Position numbers and translations under genes: made by a program. The notes beneath the pieces are model-generated. The model was not told the DNA's origin. It saw nothing but the letters and a program-made list of their open reading frames with translations, and did not search any database. This document shows positions 26,316-39,110 of a stretch of DNA of 64,000 nucleotides, in pieces (positions within the stretch are counted from its first letter, which is position 1; every line of letters starts with the position of its first letter). Where the stretch lies: assembly GCF_006345805.1 (NCBI RefSeq), contig NC_043017.1:27404001-27468000 (forward strand), read 5' to 3'. Source of the stretch: Octopus sinensis (lineage: Eukaryota).

Positions 26316-26991
26316 ACGTGTGTGTGTGTGTGTGTTTGTGCATGTAAGTATAAGCAGAGGTAGTCGAACATTAAACAGTTTCACTTAAGAAACTCAAGCA
26401 TATCAGTTCGATCCCGCTAAGCGGTATTCTATCTCACAGTCGCTTTCTTTTGGACCGACCTAAAAAGTTGCGAGTGAATTTGGGTAGACGGAAGCAAGTC
26501 TGGCAAGCGTGTCGGCTTGATTGAAGACATAATTCAAAGACTCAGCCTTGACGCACGCAGAATTCTATGATCGATTCTGCTTGAGATAGGGGGAGAGAAC
26601 ATTAAGTAAACTTGCATCTGTTGAATATTTAACTTCTATGCATTCTATCAGTCAACGAGTAGGTAGTTCCGCTGATCTAACATAAACTGGAACAGTCGAG
26701 GTTCGTAAACCGACGCCAGTTCGATCATCTGTGGATAATGCAACCCGAAATTTGCAATAGCACGCAGACGCACACAAACACACAGACACACATACAAACA
26801 CACACACACACACGGAGACACGCACATCGAACACACGCACGCACACTTCTATGCATGTAAGCATAAATATATATTCTTACGTACATATATGTATATATAC
26901 AATTGTATATGTTTAAATATAAATATGCATGTAGATATATATATGTATATATGTTATATATATATATTATATATATATGTATGTATGTATG

Positions 26992-27037
<46 letters not shown>

Positions 27038-27369
27038 ATATACATATATGTAGTTATATACATAATATACATATATGTATGTATATATATATATATATAT
27101 ACATAATATACATATATATGTATATACATATATACATAAAATATATATATACACATATGTATATATACATATGTACACACCGCACGCACATACCCACACA
27201 TACATACATACATATAAGTATATATATATATATATATATACAAAGAGAGGGAGAGAGAGCAAGAGAGAATTGGAGTGTTATTGAGATTGCGCCGGAATGG
27301 AATCGAACATACATTGTGTTCAGTGTAAATTTTGAAGGCTGAAGCTTCCATGCACAATAAGAAACGGCT

Positions 27370-27900
27370 TTGATTATCATTATTGATACTACTTCTACTA
27401 CTACAACTACTACTACTGCCTTCGCCATCATCGTCATGACATTATTCACTATAATCAACCTCACCCCCACCACCAACAACAACAACATCAGCAATTCCGC
27501 CTTCGCCACCGTCGTCAGCGCCGGCACCACCACCACTACTGCAGCCACCCCCATTCCCATCATCAGCACCACCACCACCAGAATTATCATCATCATCGTC
27601 ATTGTTGTCATTGTCATCAGCAGCATCATCCTCCTCCGCCTCATCATCTTCATCACCAATAAGATCCTCATCACTTTCTTCTCGTCGTTGCGTCATCGTG
27701 GTCAGCATCATCATCTTATTGTCAACCACGACTACGAGCCACACCTCCTCGCTGCTGGCGCCTCCACGCCGCCTTCGCTGCGCCATCGCCGTCGTCAGCA
27801 CATCTACCCTTCACCCCCGACCACCACCACCACCACCACCAGCATCATCATTATCGTCGTAGTCGTTGTCCGCATCACCGTCATCATCATCGTCATAAGC
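27370..27900. repeat. Trinucleotide-rich low-complexity block (CAT/CAC/CGT)
   Basis: Runs of ACC, ATC, GTC; homopolymeric translations in several frames. Confidence 0.85.
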
Positions 27901-28191
27901 TGCAATAAGCTGAAAGTGTTCAGCGAGAGAATTATTATCGGAACAGTTGTGCCTTGGCTGCTGTGAATGGATTGCCGAGATCAATGTGATAGACAAGATC
28001 ACACACACACACACACATACACACACATACACACACACACGCACATGAAAGCACACACACACATGAAAGCACACACACATGAACGCACACACGTACATGA
28101 ACGCACACACGTACATGTACAGACGCATACGCACAAGCGTATACTCATACACGTACGCACGCATGCTGACAAACGTGTACACAAACATACG

Positions 28192-28229
<38 letters not shown>

Positions 28230-28368
28230 GACACTAACAGATACACGCACACACACACTAACGGATACACTCGCATACGCAGGTACACACACGTATAGGC
28301 AAACACTGACACACACACACACACACACACACACACGCGAGCACACACTGAAACACACACACGGGGGA

Positions 28369-28402
<34 letters not shown>

Positions 28403-28789
28403 GCATACGAACACACACACGCATAAACACACAGTCATGTACGTGCATAAATCACACACGCGTACACACACAGACTCGCATACACATGGGCTAAACAAAT
28501 ACATACACAAGCACACACATACACAGACACACCCACCCACAGACACATAGACACACAAACAGAAACACATACTAACGCATAAAGACATAAACACACACAC
28601 ACCAGCGCGCACACAATCACACGAACATGTAAACACACAGACACATACAGCCAAACATACACATACAGACAACCACACATACTCACATACAAACACACAA
28701 ACACTCGCATCCAGCCAAACACACACACACATGCTCAGACACACACACAATAACACAAACAAACACACACACACACACACATACACAAA

Positions 28790-31670
28790 CACACACATAG
28801 AGCCAAACACACACATAGAGCCAAACACACACATAGAGCCAAACACACACATAGAGCCAAACACACACATAGAGCCAAACACACACACAGAGCCAAACAC
28901 ACACACAGAGCCAAACACACACACTAGAGCCAAACACACACATAGAGCCAAACACACACATAGAGCCAAACACACACACGGAGCCAAACACACACACGGA
29001 GCCAAACACACACATGGAGCCAAACACACACATAGAGCCAAACACACAACATAGAGCCAAACACACACACATAGAGCCAAACACACATAGAGCCAAAGAC
29101 ACACATAGAGCCAAAGACACACATAGAGCCAAACAACACACATAGAGCCAAAACACACATAGAGCCAAACACACCACATAGAGCCAAAACACACACACAT
29201 AGAGCCAAACACACACCACATAGAGCCAAACACACACATAGAGCCAAACACCACATAGAGCCAAACACACACATAGAGCCAAAACACACAATAGAGCCAA
29301 ACAACACATAGAGCCAAAGACACACACATAGAGCCAAAACACACATAGAGCCAAACACACACACATAGAGCCAAACACACACATAGAGCCAAACACACAC
29401 ACATAGAGCAAACACACACATAGAGCCAACACACACACATAGAGCAAACACACACACATAGAGCAAACCACACACATAGAGCCAAACGCACACATAGAGC
29501 CAACGCACACATAGAGCCAAACGCACACATAGAGCCAAACGCACACATAGAGCCAAACGCACACATAGAGCCAAACACACACATAGAGCCAAACACACAC
29601 ATAGAGCCAAACACACACATAGAGCCAAACACACACAATCACACAAACAAAACACACACACACACATACACACAAACACACACATAGAGCCAAACGCACA
29701 CATAGAGCCAAACGCACACATAGAGCCAAACACACACATAGAGCCAAACACACACATAGAGCCAAACACACACATAGAGCCAAACACACACATAGAGCCA
29801 AACACACACAATCACACAAACAAACACACACACACACACATACACAAACACACACATAGAGCCAAACGCACACATAGAGCCAAACGCACACATAGAGCCA
29901 AACGCACACATAGAGCCAAACACACACATAGAGCCAAACACACACATAGAGCCAAACACACACATAGAGCCAATCACACACAATCACACAAACAAACACA
30001 CACACACACACATACACAAACACACACATAGAGCCAAACGCACACTTAGAGCCAAACGCACACATAGAGCCAAACGCACACATAGAGCCAAACACACACA
30101 TAGAGCCAAACACACACATAGAGCCAAACACACACATAGAGCCAATCACACACAATCACACAAACACACACACACACACACATACACAAACACACATATA
30201 GAGCCAAACGCACACATAGAGCCAACGCACACATAGAGCCAAACGCACACATAGAGCCAAACAACACATAGAGCCAAACACACACATAGAGCCAACACAC
30301 ACATGAGCAATCACACACAAACACACACAAACAAACACAAACACACACATACACAAACACACACCTAGAGCCAAACGCACACATAGAGCCAAACGCACAC
30401 ATAGAGCCAAACGCCACAATAGAGCCAAACGCACACATAGAGCCAAAACACACACATAGAGCCAAACACACACATAGAGCCAAACACACACATAGAGCCA
30501 AACACACACACATAGAGCCAAACACACACATAGAGCCAAACACACACATAGAGCCAAACACACACATAGAGCCAAACACACACACATAGAGCCAAACACA
30601 CACAATCACACAAACAAACACACACACACACACACATACACAAACACACACATAGAGCCAAACGCACACATAGAGCCAAACGCACACATAGAGCCAAACA
30701 CACACACATAGAGCCAAACACACACAATCACACAAACAAACACACACAATCACACAAACAAACACACACACACACACATACACAAACACACACATAGAGC
30801 CAAACACACACATAGAGCCAAACACACACATAGAGCCAAACACACACATAGAGCCAAACACACACACATAGAGCCAAACACACACACATAGAGCCAAACA
30901 CACACATAGAGCCAAACACACACACATAGAGCCAAACACACACATAGAGCCAAACACACACATAGAGCAAACACACACATAGAGCCAAACACACACATAG
31001 AGCCAAACGCACACATAGAGCCAAACACACACACATAGAGCCAAACACACACATAGAGCCAAACACACACATAGAGCCAAACACACACACATAGAGCCAA
31101 ACGCACACATAGAGCCAAACGCACACATAGAGCCAAACACACACACATAGTGCCAAACACACACATAGAGCCAAACACACACATAGAGCCAAACACACAC
31201 ATAGAGCCAAACACACACACATAGAGCCAAACACACACATAGAGCCAAACACACACATAGAGCCAAACACACACATAGAGCCAAACACACACATAGAGCC
31301 AAAACACACACATAGAGCCAAACACACACATAGAGCCAAACACACACACATAGAGCCAAACACACACATAGAGCCAAACGCACACATAGAGCCAAACGCA
31401 CACATAGAGCCAAACACACACACATAGAGCCAAACACACACATAGAGCCAAACACACACATAGAGCCAAACACACACACATAGAGCCAAACACACACATA
31501 GAGCCAAACACACACATAGAGCCAAACACACACAATCACACAAACAAACACACACACACACACATACACAAACACACACATAGAGCCAAACACACACATA
31601 GAGCCAAACACACACATAGAGCCAAACACACACATAGAGCCAAACACACACATACAGCCAAACACACACA
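28790..31670. repeat. About 2.9-kb minisatellite, unit ATAGAGCCAA(AC)n of about 18-20 bp, punctuated by about 45-bp AATCACACAAACAAA(CA)nTACACAAA spacers
   Basis: Direct reading of the array; source of the long CVFGSM/CLAL/WLYV ORFs. Confidence 0.95.
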
Positions 31671-31816
31671 TACAGCCAAACTTACACATACAAACATACA
31701 TACTCAGATACAAACAAACACACAAACACACGCATCCAGCTAAACAAACACACATGCTCAGACACACACACAAACACACACAAACACACACATACAACCA
31801 AACAAACGCATACAGA

Positions 31817-31853
<37 letters not shown>

Positions 31854-32322
31854 ATACACACACACAGGAGCGCGCACTCTCAAGTATCCACATTTGTTGC
31901 ACGTATATTTAAGCATGCGCACTTTGCATGCACAGTTAAATGCAGATATAGGTGCATGAAAACTGCGCTGAAGCTTAACTGTCTACAGAAACGACACACA
32001 GATGCATCTGTCCCGATATTTGAAATGAACTAAAGGTGTGCATACTTGTGTGTCTGGTTGAGTGAATATTGTACAGCAGTGTATATACGTATACGTGTGT
32101 ATGCATGTGAATACACGTGTATGTGTGTGTTTGTATTGTAAATACGTATATGTGTGTCTGTGGATACGTGTGCACATATAGAGAATGTGATTATGCATAT
32201 ATATATATATATATATATATACCGGAGTAAACACATAAATGTGAAACAAGGTGGAAAAAAAGTACTCAAATACCAGTGGTAGAGTAATATGCTATTTTAA
32301 GCAGCAGAAAATTCAACAAACT

Positions 32323-32360
32323 CTGTTACTCTGAGTTTCTCGTTGCCGTTCATCAGACAG
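32323..32360 (-). ncRNA. Type I hammerhead-like motif (GUA site), mirror copy
   Basis: Minus strand CUGU-CUGAUGA-ACG-GCAA-CGA-GAAAC-U-CAG-A-GU-A-ACAG. Confidence 0.7.
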
Positions 32361-32366
32361 TTTTAA

Positions 32367-32404
32367 CTGTCTGATGAACGGCAACGAGAAACTCAGGGTA
32401 ACAG
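32367..32404 (+). ncRNA. Type I hammerhead-like motif (GUA site)
   Basis: CUGU-CUGAUGA-ACG-GCAA-CGA-GAAAC-U-CAG-G-GU-A-ACAG: 4-bp stem I, short stem II with GCAA loop and A.A first pair, 3-bp stem III. Confidence 0.7.
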
Positions 32405-33664
32405 ATTTTGTTGAATTTTCTCTGCTTAAAATAAAGTAATATATATATAGATATATACATACATATACAATTAATAAGGAAACTACTGTTTAGTTTAAGT
32501 ATATATATATTTGCATGCATGCATGTATGTATATATATATATGTTTGTGTGTATGTGTGAGTGTGTCTGTCTGTGCATTACACATGTATGTCTGTATGCA
32601 TGTATATCTGTAAATATATGCTTACGTATACGTATGTTATATGCCATATCTATCTATCTTTCTATCTTTCTATCTATCATCTATCTAAATATCTCTCCCT
32701 CTCTCTCAATATAAATGCAAATATATATATATATATAGAAACATACATAATACATCTATGCATAAGAACATATATACAGGCATAGATGGATAATATACAT
32801 GCATACATACGTAAATTATATATATATATTATATATATATATATATATTATATATATATATATATATATATTATATATTATATATATATAAAACCATACA
32901 TATGTATATACATACTTACATTTATATATGGTGTGCATCTATCTATCAATATATATATATGACACATTCTCACATATGCATATACCTATATTATTCCCGA
33001 GAGTAAGTTTGCTCTATGGAGATCTTTTCTAAATCAATTAACTATTTGAATTATGTATTCTATTCGATTCTGAGTGCTGTTGCCATTTTTAGGATACAGC
33101 GAGCGAGAGAGGGAGAAAGAGATTGGGAGGGAGAGAGAGGGAGAATGAAAAACAGACAAAAAGTGTGCGAGAGAGAGAGAGAGCGAGAGAAGAAAGTGAC
33201 CGAGCAACAAAGACAAGGAAGAAAGAAGAGCGAGAAAAACAGAGATAAGCTGCAGATACGCACCTTTATACATAATAGCACATATATTTGTGTGTTTTGT
33301 GATTTTGTTGGTCCATATGCATAAGGAAGGGCCTCTTGTTCGTTTGTGTATGTAAATACATCCATATAAATGATTTAACTCAATATTCTTCTGCCTCTGC
33401 TTTAATCTTTCTCTCTTCTTTCTCTTTCTCCCATTCTCTCTCACTCAATAATAATAATAATAATACAAATGTACGTATACTTATCTATCTATACAAGACA
33501 CACACACGTCTCTCTCTATATATATACATGTGTGTGTGTGTGTGTAAGAATGCACAACAAAGATACACACACGCATACAGGCACAAACACACACATATTC
33601 AATCAAAAGATTAGAGACAGAGATAGGTAAATAGAGAGATAATGATACGTACATATTAGAGAGA

Positions 33665-33844
33665 AGCCCATCTTTTATACCAAGACAAAACAATGTACAT
33701 GATAACACTTCCAATTAGTTAAGATCAGAAGCCATGAGAACCACTGTCTGGTATTGCATCAGGGCATGCCATCAAAGTGGCACTGGGGTAAAATATACGA
33801 AGCCCAGTTTATCCATAATGACTACCCGTTTGATAAGGGTACAC
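33665..33844 (-). mobile_element. Circularly permuted fragment of the 60331-60780 element
   Basis: 33665-33766 matches 60688-60780; 33764-33835 matches 60347-60417; joined via GCA. Confidence 0.8.
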
Positions 33845-34165
33845 TTAATTCTTTAAATTTTTTTATTTCTTTCAAGAATTTTACGGTCCAATTTTAAACC
33901 ATTAATCATATAGCAACTGTTTCCAATAGCGAGAGCGAGCACCTTTATGTTTGCTGGTATTTCTAAATTTCTTGCTGTACTTAGCGATATCTTTGATAAT
34001 TCTCAATATTTCGGACTTTTGAATTTACGATGGTTTCATAGTTTGGCCAGCAATTTTTGAAGAATGGTAACAGTTGAAGTTGACTTCGACGAAATTTAAG
34101 CTTAGAACGTAAAGAGGAATTAAATATTATTATGCATTGTGTTTAGTTTGTTAACGATTCTTACA

Positions 34166-35336
34166 TCTTTATTGCCCACAAGGGGCTAAACATAGAGGGG
34201 ACAAACAAGGACAGACGAAGGGATTAAGTCGATTATATCGACCCCGGTGCGTAACTGGTAATTATTTAATCGACTCCGAAAGGATGAAAGGGAAAGTAGA
34301 CCTCGGAGGAATTTGAACTTAGAACATAGCGGCAGAGGAAATACCTATTTCTTTACTAACCACAAGTGGGTAAACACAGAGGATAAGCAAGGACAAACAC
34401 ACGGATTAAGTTGAATACATCGACCCCAGTGCGTAACTGGTACTTAATTTATCGACCCTGAAATGATGAAAGGCAAAGTCGACCTCGGCGGAATTTGAAG
34501 TCTGAACGTAACGGCAGACGAAATACCTATTTCCTTATTACCCACAACGGGCTAAACAAGGACAGACATAGGTATCAAGTCGATTACATCGACCCCAGTG
34601 CGTGACTGGTACTTAATTTATCGACCCCGAAATGATGAAAGGCAAAGTCGACCTCGGCGGAATTTGAACTCTGAACGTAACGGCAGACGAAATACCTATT
34701 TCCTTATTACCCACAACGGGCTAAACAAAGACAGACATAGGTATTAAGTCGATTACATCGACCCCAGTGCGTGACTGGTACTTAATTTATCGACCCCGAA
34801 ATGATGAAAGGCAAAGTCGACCTCGGCGGAATTTGAACTCTGAACGTAACGGCAGACGAATACCTATTTCTTTATTACCCACAAGGGGCTAAACACAGAG
34901 GGGACAAACAAGGACAGCCATAGGTATTAAGTCGATTCCATCGACCCCAGTGCGAAACTGGTACTTAATTTATCGACCCCGAAAGGATGAAAGGCAAAGT
35001 CGACCTCGGCGGAATTTGAACTCACAACGTAACGCAGACAAAATACCGCTAAGCATTTCGCCCGGCATGCTAACGTTTCTGCCAGCTCGCCGCCCTTAAA
35101 ATATATTTCTTTACTACCCACAAGGGGCTAAACACAGAGGGGACAAACAAGGTCAGACGAACGGATTAAGTCGATTACATCGACCCCAGTGCGTGACTGG
35201 TACTTAATTTATCGACCCCGGAAGGATGAAAGGCAAAGTCATCCTCAGCGGAATTTGAACTCAGAACGTAACGGCAGAAGAAATACGGCTAAGCATTTTG
35301 CCCGGCGTGCTAACGTTTCTGCCAGCTCGCTGCCTT
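34166..35336 (-). mobile_element. Tandem array of six SINE A units (two full, four headless)
   Basis: Junctions GAAATAC|CTATTTC at 34344/5, 34526/7, 34695/6, 34863/4; full heads end near 35097 and 35336. Confidence 0.9.
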
Positions 35337-36076
35337 AGTGTTTTTAATTTATGATACAATAAAAATAGAAAAGCGTTATAGTCTTTCTACATATCAGCAA
35401 GCAATTTTGATATGAGTGAAAAAAATCAATGACAGTGCTCGCATTCCTTTACTGATATTCTATTTTATCGACCCTGAAAGGAACAAAAGCAAAGAGCTGG
35501 ACGCAAAGTTGCTAAGCATTTAATCCACGCATTAACGGTTCTACCAGTTCGCTGCGTTAAATTACTGAACAATAGCAATCCTTTCTACTAAAGACTCAAG
35601 ACTTAAAATTTTGATGGACCAGATCAGTTGATTAGATTTACACCAGCACTTCCCTTTTCGACCCCACTACTCAACAGGTACTTATTTTATTGATGTCAAA
35701 TTTTGACTAGTAGTTATGTTATAGACCCTTAATTGCTGAAATGCAAAATCGAACTTTGTTGGGATTTGAATTCAGAATGTAAAGATGAACGGAAATATCA
35801 CTAAACATTCTGTCGGACAAACAAACGATTCTGCAAGATACTCACTACAATTAAAACCATTCAGCCAAAGTATGATGGAACGTTTCCAGTTCGATTCTAT
35901 GCAGATATGTCTCTCATATCTTTTCCAGAAAAATCGGTCTTACAGAAATTGTATAGAACCAAGTAGATTAGATTGTATCCAGAAGTCAAAATATCCACCC
36001 TTATAACAAGATGTTATATCACACTGAGCCTACATCAGAAATATTTTTTTATAACAGCAAAGAAGAAAATGTTTCC

Positions 36077-36115
36077 CTGATGAGGTCAGATGAGACTTGA
36101 TAAGACCGAAACGTT
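36077..36115 (+). ncRNA. Hammerhead core lacking an evident stem I (degenerate)
   Basis: CUGAUGA-GGUC-(16 nt)-GACC-GAAAC-GUU; flanks do not pair. Confidence 0.45.
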
Positions 36116-36668
36116 CGTTACTCTCTCCAGTTACTTTTAAAATCCAATTCACCAAAGTCCTTATTGTATCAATCGACCAACAATTTTGACCGACTGACCT
36201 TACCAACGATACCCCTCCCACCCTGTTATTCGAAGCATTTAAACACCTTTTTATGGTGTCTTTTAGGTTATGAGTTACTCAGTTCAGCGCAGCTTTTCCA
36301 CTGAATATTCTACATATATGATTATCCTATTGTGCGTTTTAGTGTAGCTTCTATTGTTTTATCTTTTGTTCAGTCCTAAATTAACTATAACCGGATAAAC
36401 CAAGTGGTGATCACATCGTCTTTTCCGTATAAAAAAGGATTCCAGTAATCCATAATCCTTCCTTGATGAAATGCAAAATCGACCTTTGTGGGATTTGAAT
36501 TCAGAATGTAAAGATGAACGGAAATATCACGAAACATTCTGCCCGACGGACAAACGATTCTGCAAGATACTCACTACAATTAAAACCATTCGACTAAAGT
36601 ATGATGGGACGTTTCTAGTTCAATTCTACTATGCAGTTTCTACTAGGCAAGACATTTTTGGGGATATA

Positions 36669-36897
36669 TATTTCTTTATTGCCCACAAGGGGCTAAACAT
36701 AGAGGGGACAAACAAGGACAGACAGACGGATTAAGTCGATTACGTTAACCCCAGTGCGTAACTGGTACTTTATTTATCGACCCCGAAAGGATGAAAGGCA
36801 AAGTCGACCTCGGCGGAATTTGAACTTAGAACCTAACGGCAGACGAAATATCGCTAAACGTTTCGCCTGGCGCGCTAACGTTTCTGCCAGCTCGCCG
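36669..36897 (-). mobile_element. SINE family A with 14-bp TSD
   Basis: TTTTTGGGGATATA at 36655-36668 and 36898-36911. Confidence 0.9.
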
Positions 36898-37551
36898 TTT
36901 TTGGGGATATAGCTAATCTCGGCTCCAATGTTTAACTGGTACTTATATCATCGAACCCGTGAGGATGAAATGCAAAGCTGACTTCAGCGGAATTTAAACT
37001 ACAAAAGGAAAAGATGGACGAAATGCCGCCTAGACACGGTGCTACGTAATACGTGTGATTTTTCTAACACATTAGCTCGTGATGTGAGGGACATGAAGAT
37101 GCTACTTCTAGCAAGTAAAGGGATCATATTCCTGTTCAATCATTGACTTGTAATTAACTAGTTTGCTTGTTGCAGTCAGTAGACTGCGGCCATGCTGGAC
37201 TGCATTGAGTGGAATACTTCTCGTCGTAACTGACGGAGTGCCAGCAAAGAAAATAAAAAAGCTTCTTTTGAGTAGTAAAGGTGGCATGTTACACAATTAT
37301 CAGAGCGTGGAGAAAACTGCATTGTTGTATTTGTTCTGGCTCCAAATGTTTCGTGTTCAAACTCGAGGTCAACTTCCATTCAGTCGTGGTCAATAAAATA
37401 AAGCGGCAGTAGACAACTTGTGTCGAGGAAATCGACTTGCTCTACTCCTCAAAAGTTTCCGGCCTTCCATCAAATTAGGAGAGTAGTATTACTCCCGTAT
37501 TTTGTTACATTTTTATATATTCATGTTGTTGTTGTTATTATTGTTGTTCTC

Positions 37552-38090
37552 AAGGCAGCGAGCTGGCAGAATCGTTAGCACGCCGGACGAAATGCTTAGC
37601 GGTATTTCTTCTGCTGCTACGTTCTGATTTCAAATTCCGCCGAGGTAGACTTTGCCTTTCATCCTTTCGGTGTCGATTAAATTACTACCAGTTACGCACT
37701 TGGGTCGATATAATCGACTTAATCCGGGTGTCTGTCCTTGTTTGTTCCCTCTGTGTTTAGCCCCTTGTGGGTAGTAAAGAAATAAGTATTTATTCTGCCG
37801 TTACGTTCTGAGTTCTAATTCCGCCGACTTCGACTTTGACTTTCATCCTTTCGGGGTCGATTAAATAAGTACCAGTTACGCACTGGGGTCGATATAATCG
37901 ACTTTGTTTGTCCTTGTTTGTCCTCTCTGTGTTTAGCCCCTTGTGGTTAGTAAAGAAATAGGTATTTCGTCTGAGTTCAAATTCCGCCAGAGTCAACTTT
38001 GCTTTTCATCCTTTCGGGGTCGATAAATCAAGTTCCAGTTGGGTACTGGAGTTAATCTAATCGACTGGACCACTTCCACCAAAATTTAAG
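37552..38090 (+). mobile_element. SINE A concatemer (one full, two headless units)
   Basis: Junctions GAAATAAGTATTT near 37788 and GAAATAGGTATTTCG near 37961. Confidence 0.85.
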
Positions 38091-38379
38091 CCTTGTGCCG
38101 AGATAGAAAAGATTATTCTTGTAGTTCTTGCTTCTGGTGGTGGTGGCGGTGATGATTGGCGTTCTCTACTCTAGGTTCATCCATGGTTCTGTAGATTTAC
38201 TCTCTGACATTCCACCTATAACCATACCATCGACTATATTATCTGGTATGCTCTTAATATTTTAGAGATAGTACAATATAAACCCCTGCAATTGAGAGAG
38301 TTAATTTGGTTGCTCGTTCTTGCCGAAAGATCCATCATGTTTGAAATTCCCTTGCTGGTAACTGCCAAAGAACCACCGG

Positions 38380-38392
38380 CATACTAAAACAA

Positions 38393-38425
<33 letters not shown>

Positions 38426-39110
38426 ACTATTATTTCTACAAATGCTTCTCGTCATCAACATCAATTTTTACTTGTGCTCTTTCTTCTTCATCTCTCACTA
38501 TACTACTACTACTACTACCATTACTACTGCTACTGCTGCTCCTGTTACTAGTAATGCTACTGTTAGAAAGAGGGCAATGTCTACCTATTTTAATTATCTA
38601 ATTATATTCAGCTTGATAAGGTGTCGTTCTCTGACGTTGCCAACGTTACGAATGTTTCTGAGATTGTTGATGATACAACTGCAATTCTGCTGCTGTTACG
38701 ACTACTATTGCTGCTGCTGTTGTTACGACTACTATTGCTGCTGCTGTTGTTACGACTACTATTGCTGCTGATGTTGTTACGACTACTATTGCTGCTGCTG
38801 TTGTTGTTACTGCAGCTGTTGCTGTAGGTGTTGCTGTCAAGTGTAATGATGATGACACCGATAATGATGGGGAGGGTGGATCACGATCTTCCTCCTTCAG
38901 TCTTTTTACTCTTACTACTACTTCTGCTGGTGCTGCTGCTAGTAGTGGTTGCTGTGGTGATGATGGTTGGCTGCTACTAATGGCGATGATGAGCATGATG
39001 AAGATGATGATTATGGCGACGATGGCCACAAAGATTCAGCGTCGACAATGATTACGATAATGCAGTTGATGATGATGACAATGATGATGATGATGAAGAT
39101 GGTCATTTTG
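38380..39110. repeat. Trinucleotide-rich low complexity with a 27-bp tandem (CTGTTGTTACGACTACTATTGCTGCTG-type) at about 38688-38800
   Basis: Direct reading. Confidence 0.85.

Larger units (their letters stand above)
32221..32433. mobile_element. PLE-like terminus folded back on itself (141-bp palindrome 32293-32433)
   Basis: About 70-bp arms around a TT centre at 32363-32364; the minus-strand arm continues to a (TA)n tail at 32220. Confidence 0.8.

Noticed and set aside
27054-27966. Acidic/Gly-rich and hydrophobic ORFs
   Set aside because: Trinucleotide low complexity read in several frames; similar blocks at 38.4-39.1 kb and 42.1-43.0 kb; no domain or splice support.
28790-31670. CRISPR-like look (constant motif plus variable spacer)
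   Set aside because: Spacers are only (AC)n length variants, no cas genes, eukaryotic context.
28145-31902. ORFs of 300-618 aa (CVFGSM/CLAL/WLYV repeats)
   Set aside because: Open in all minus frames because the minisatellite lacks stops; not evidence of a gene.
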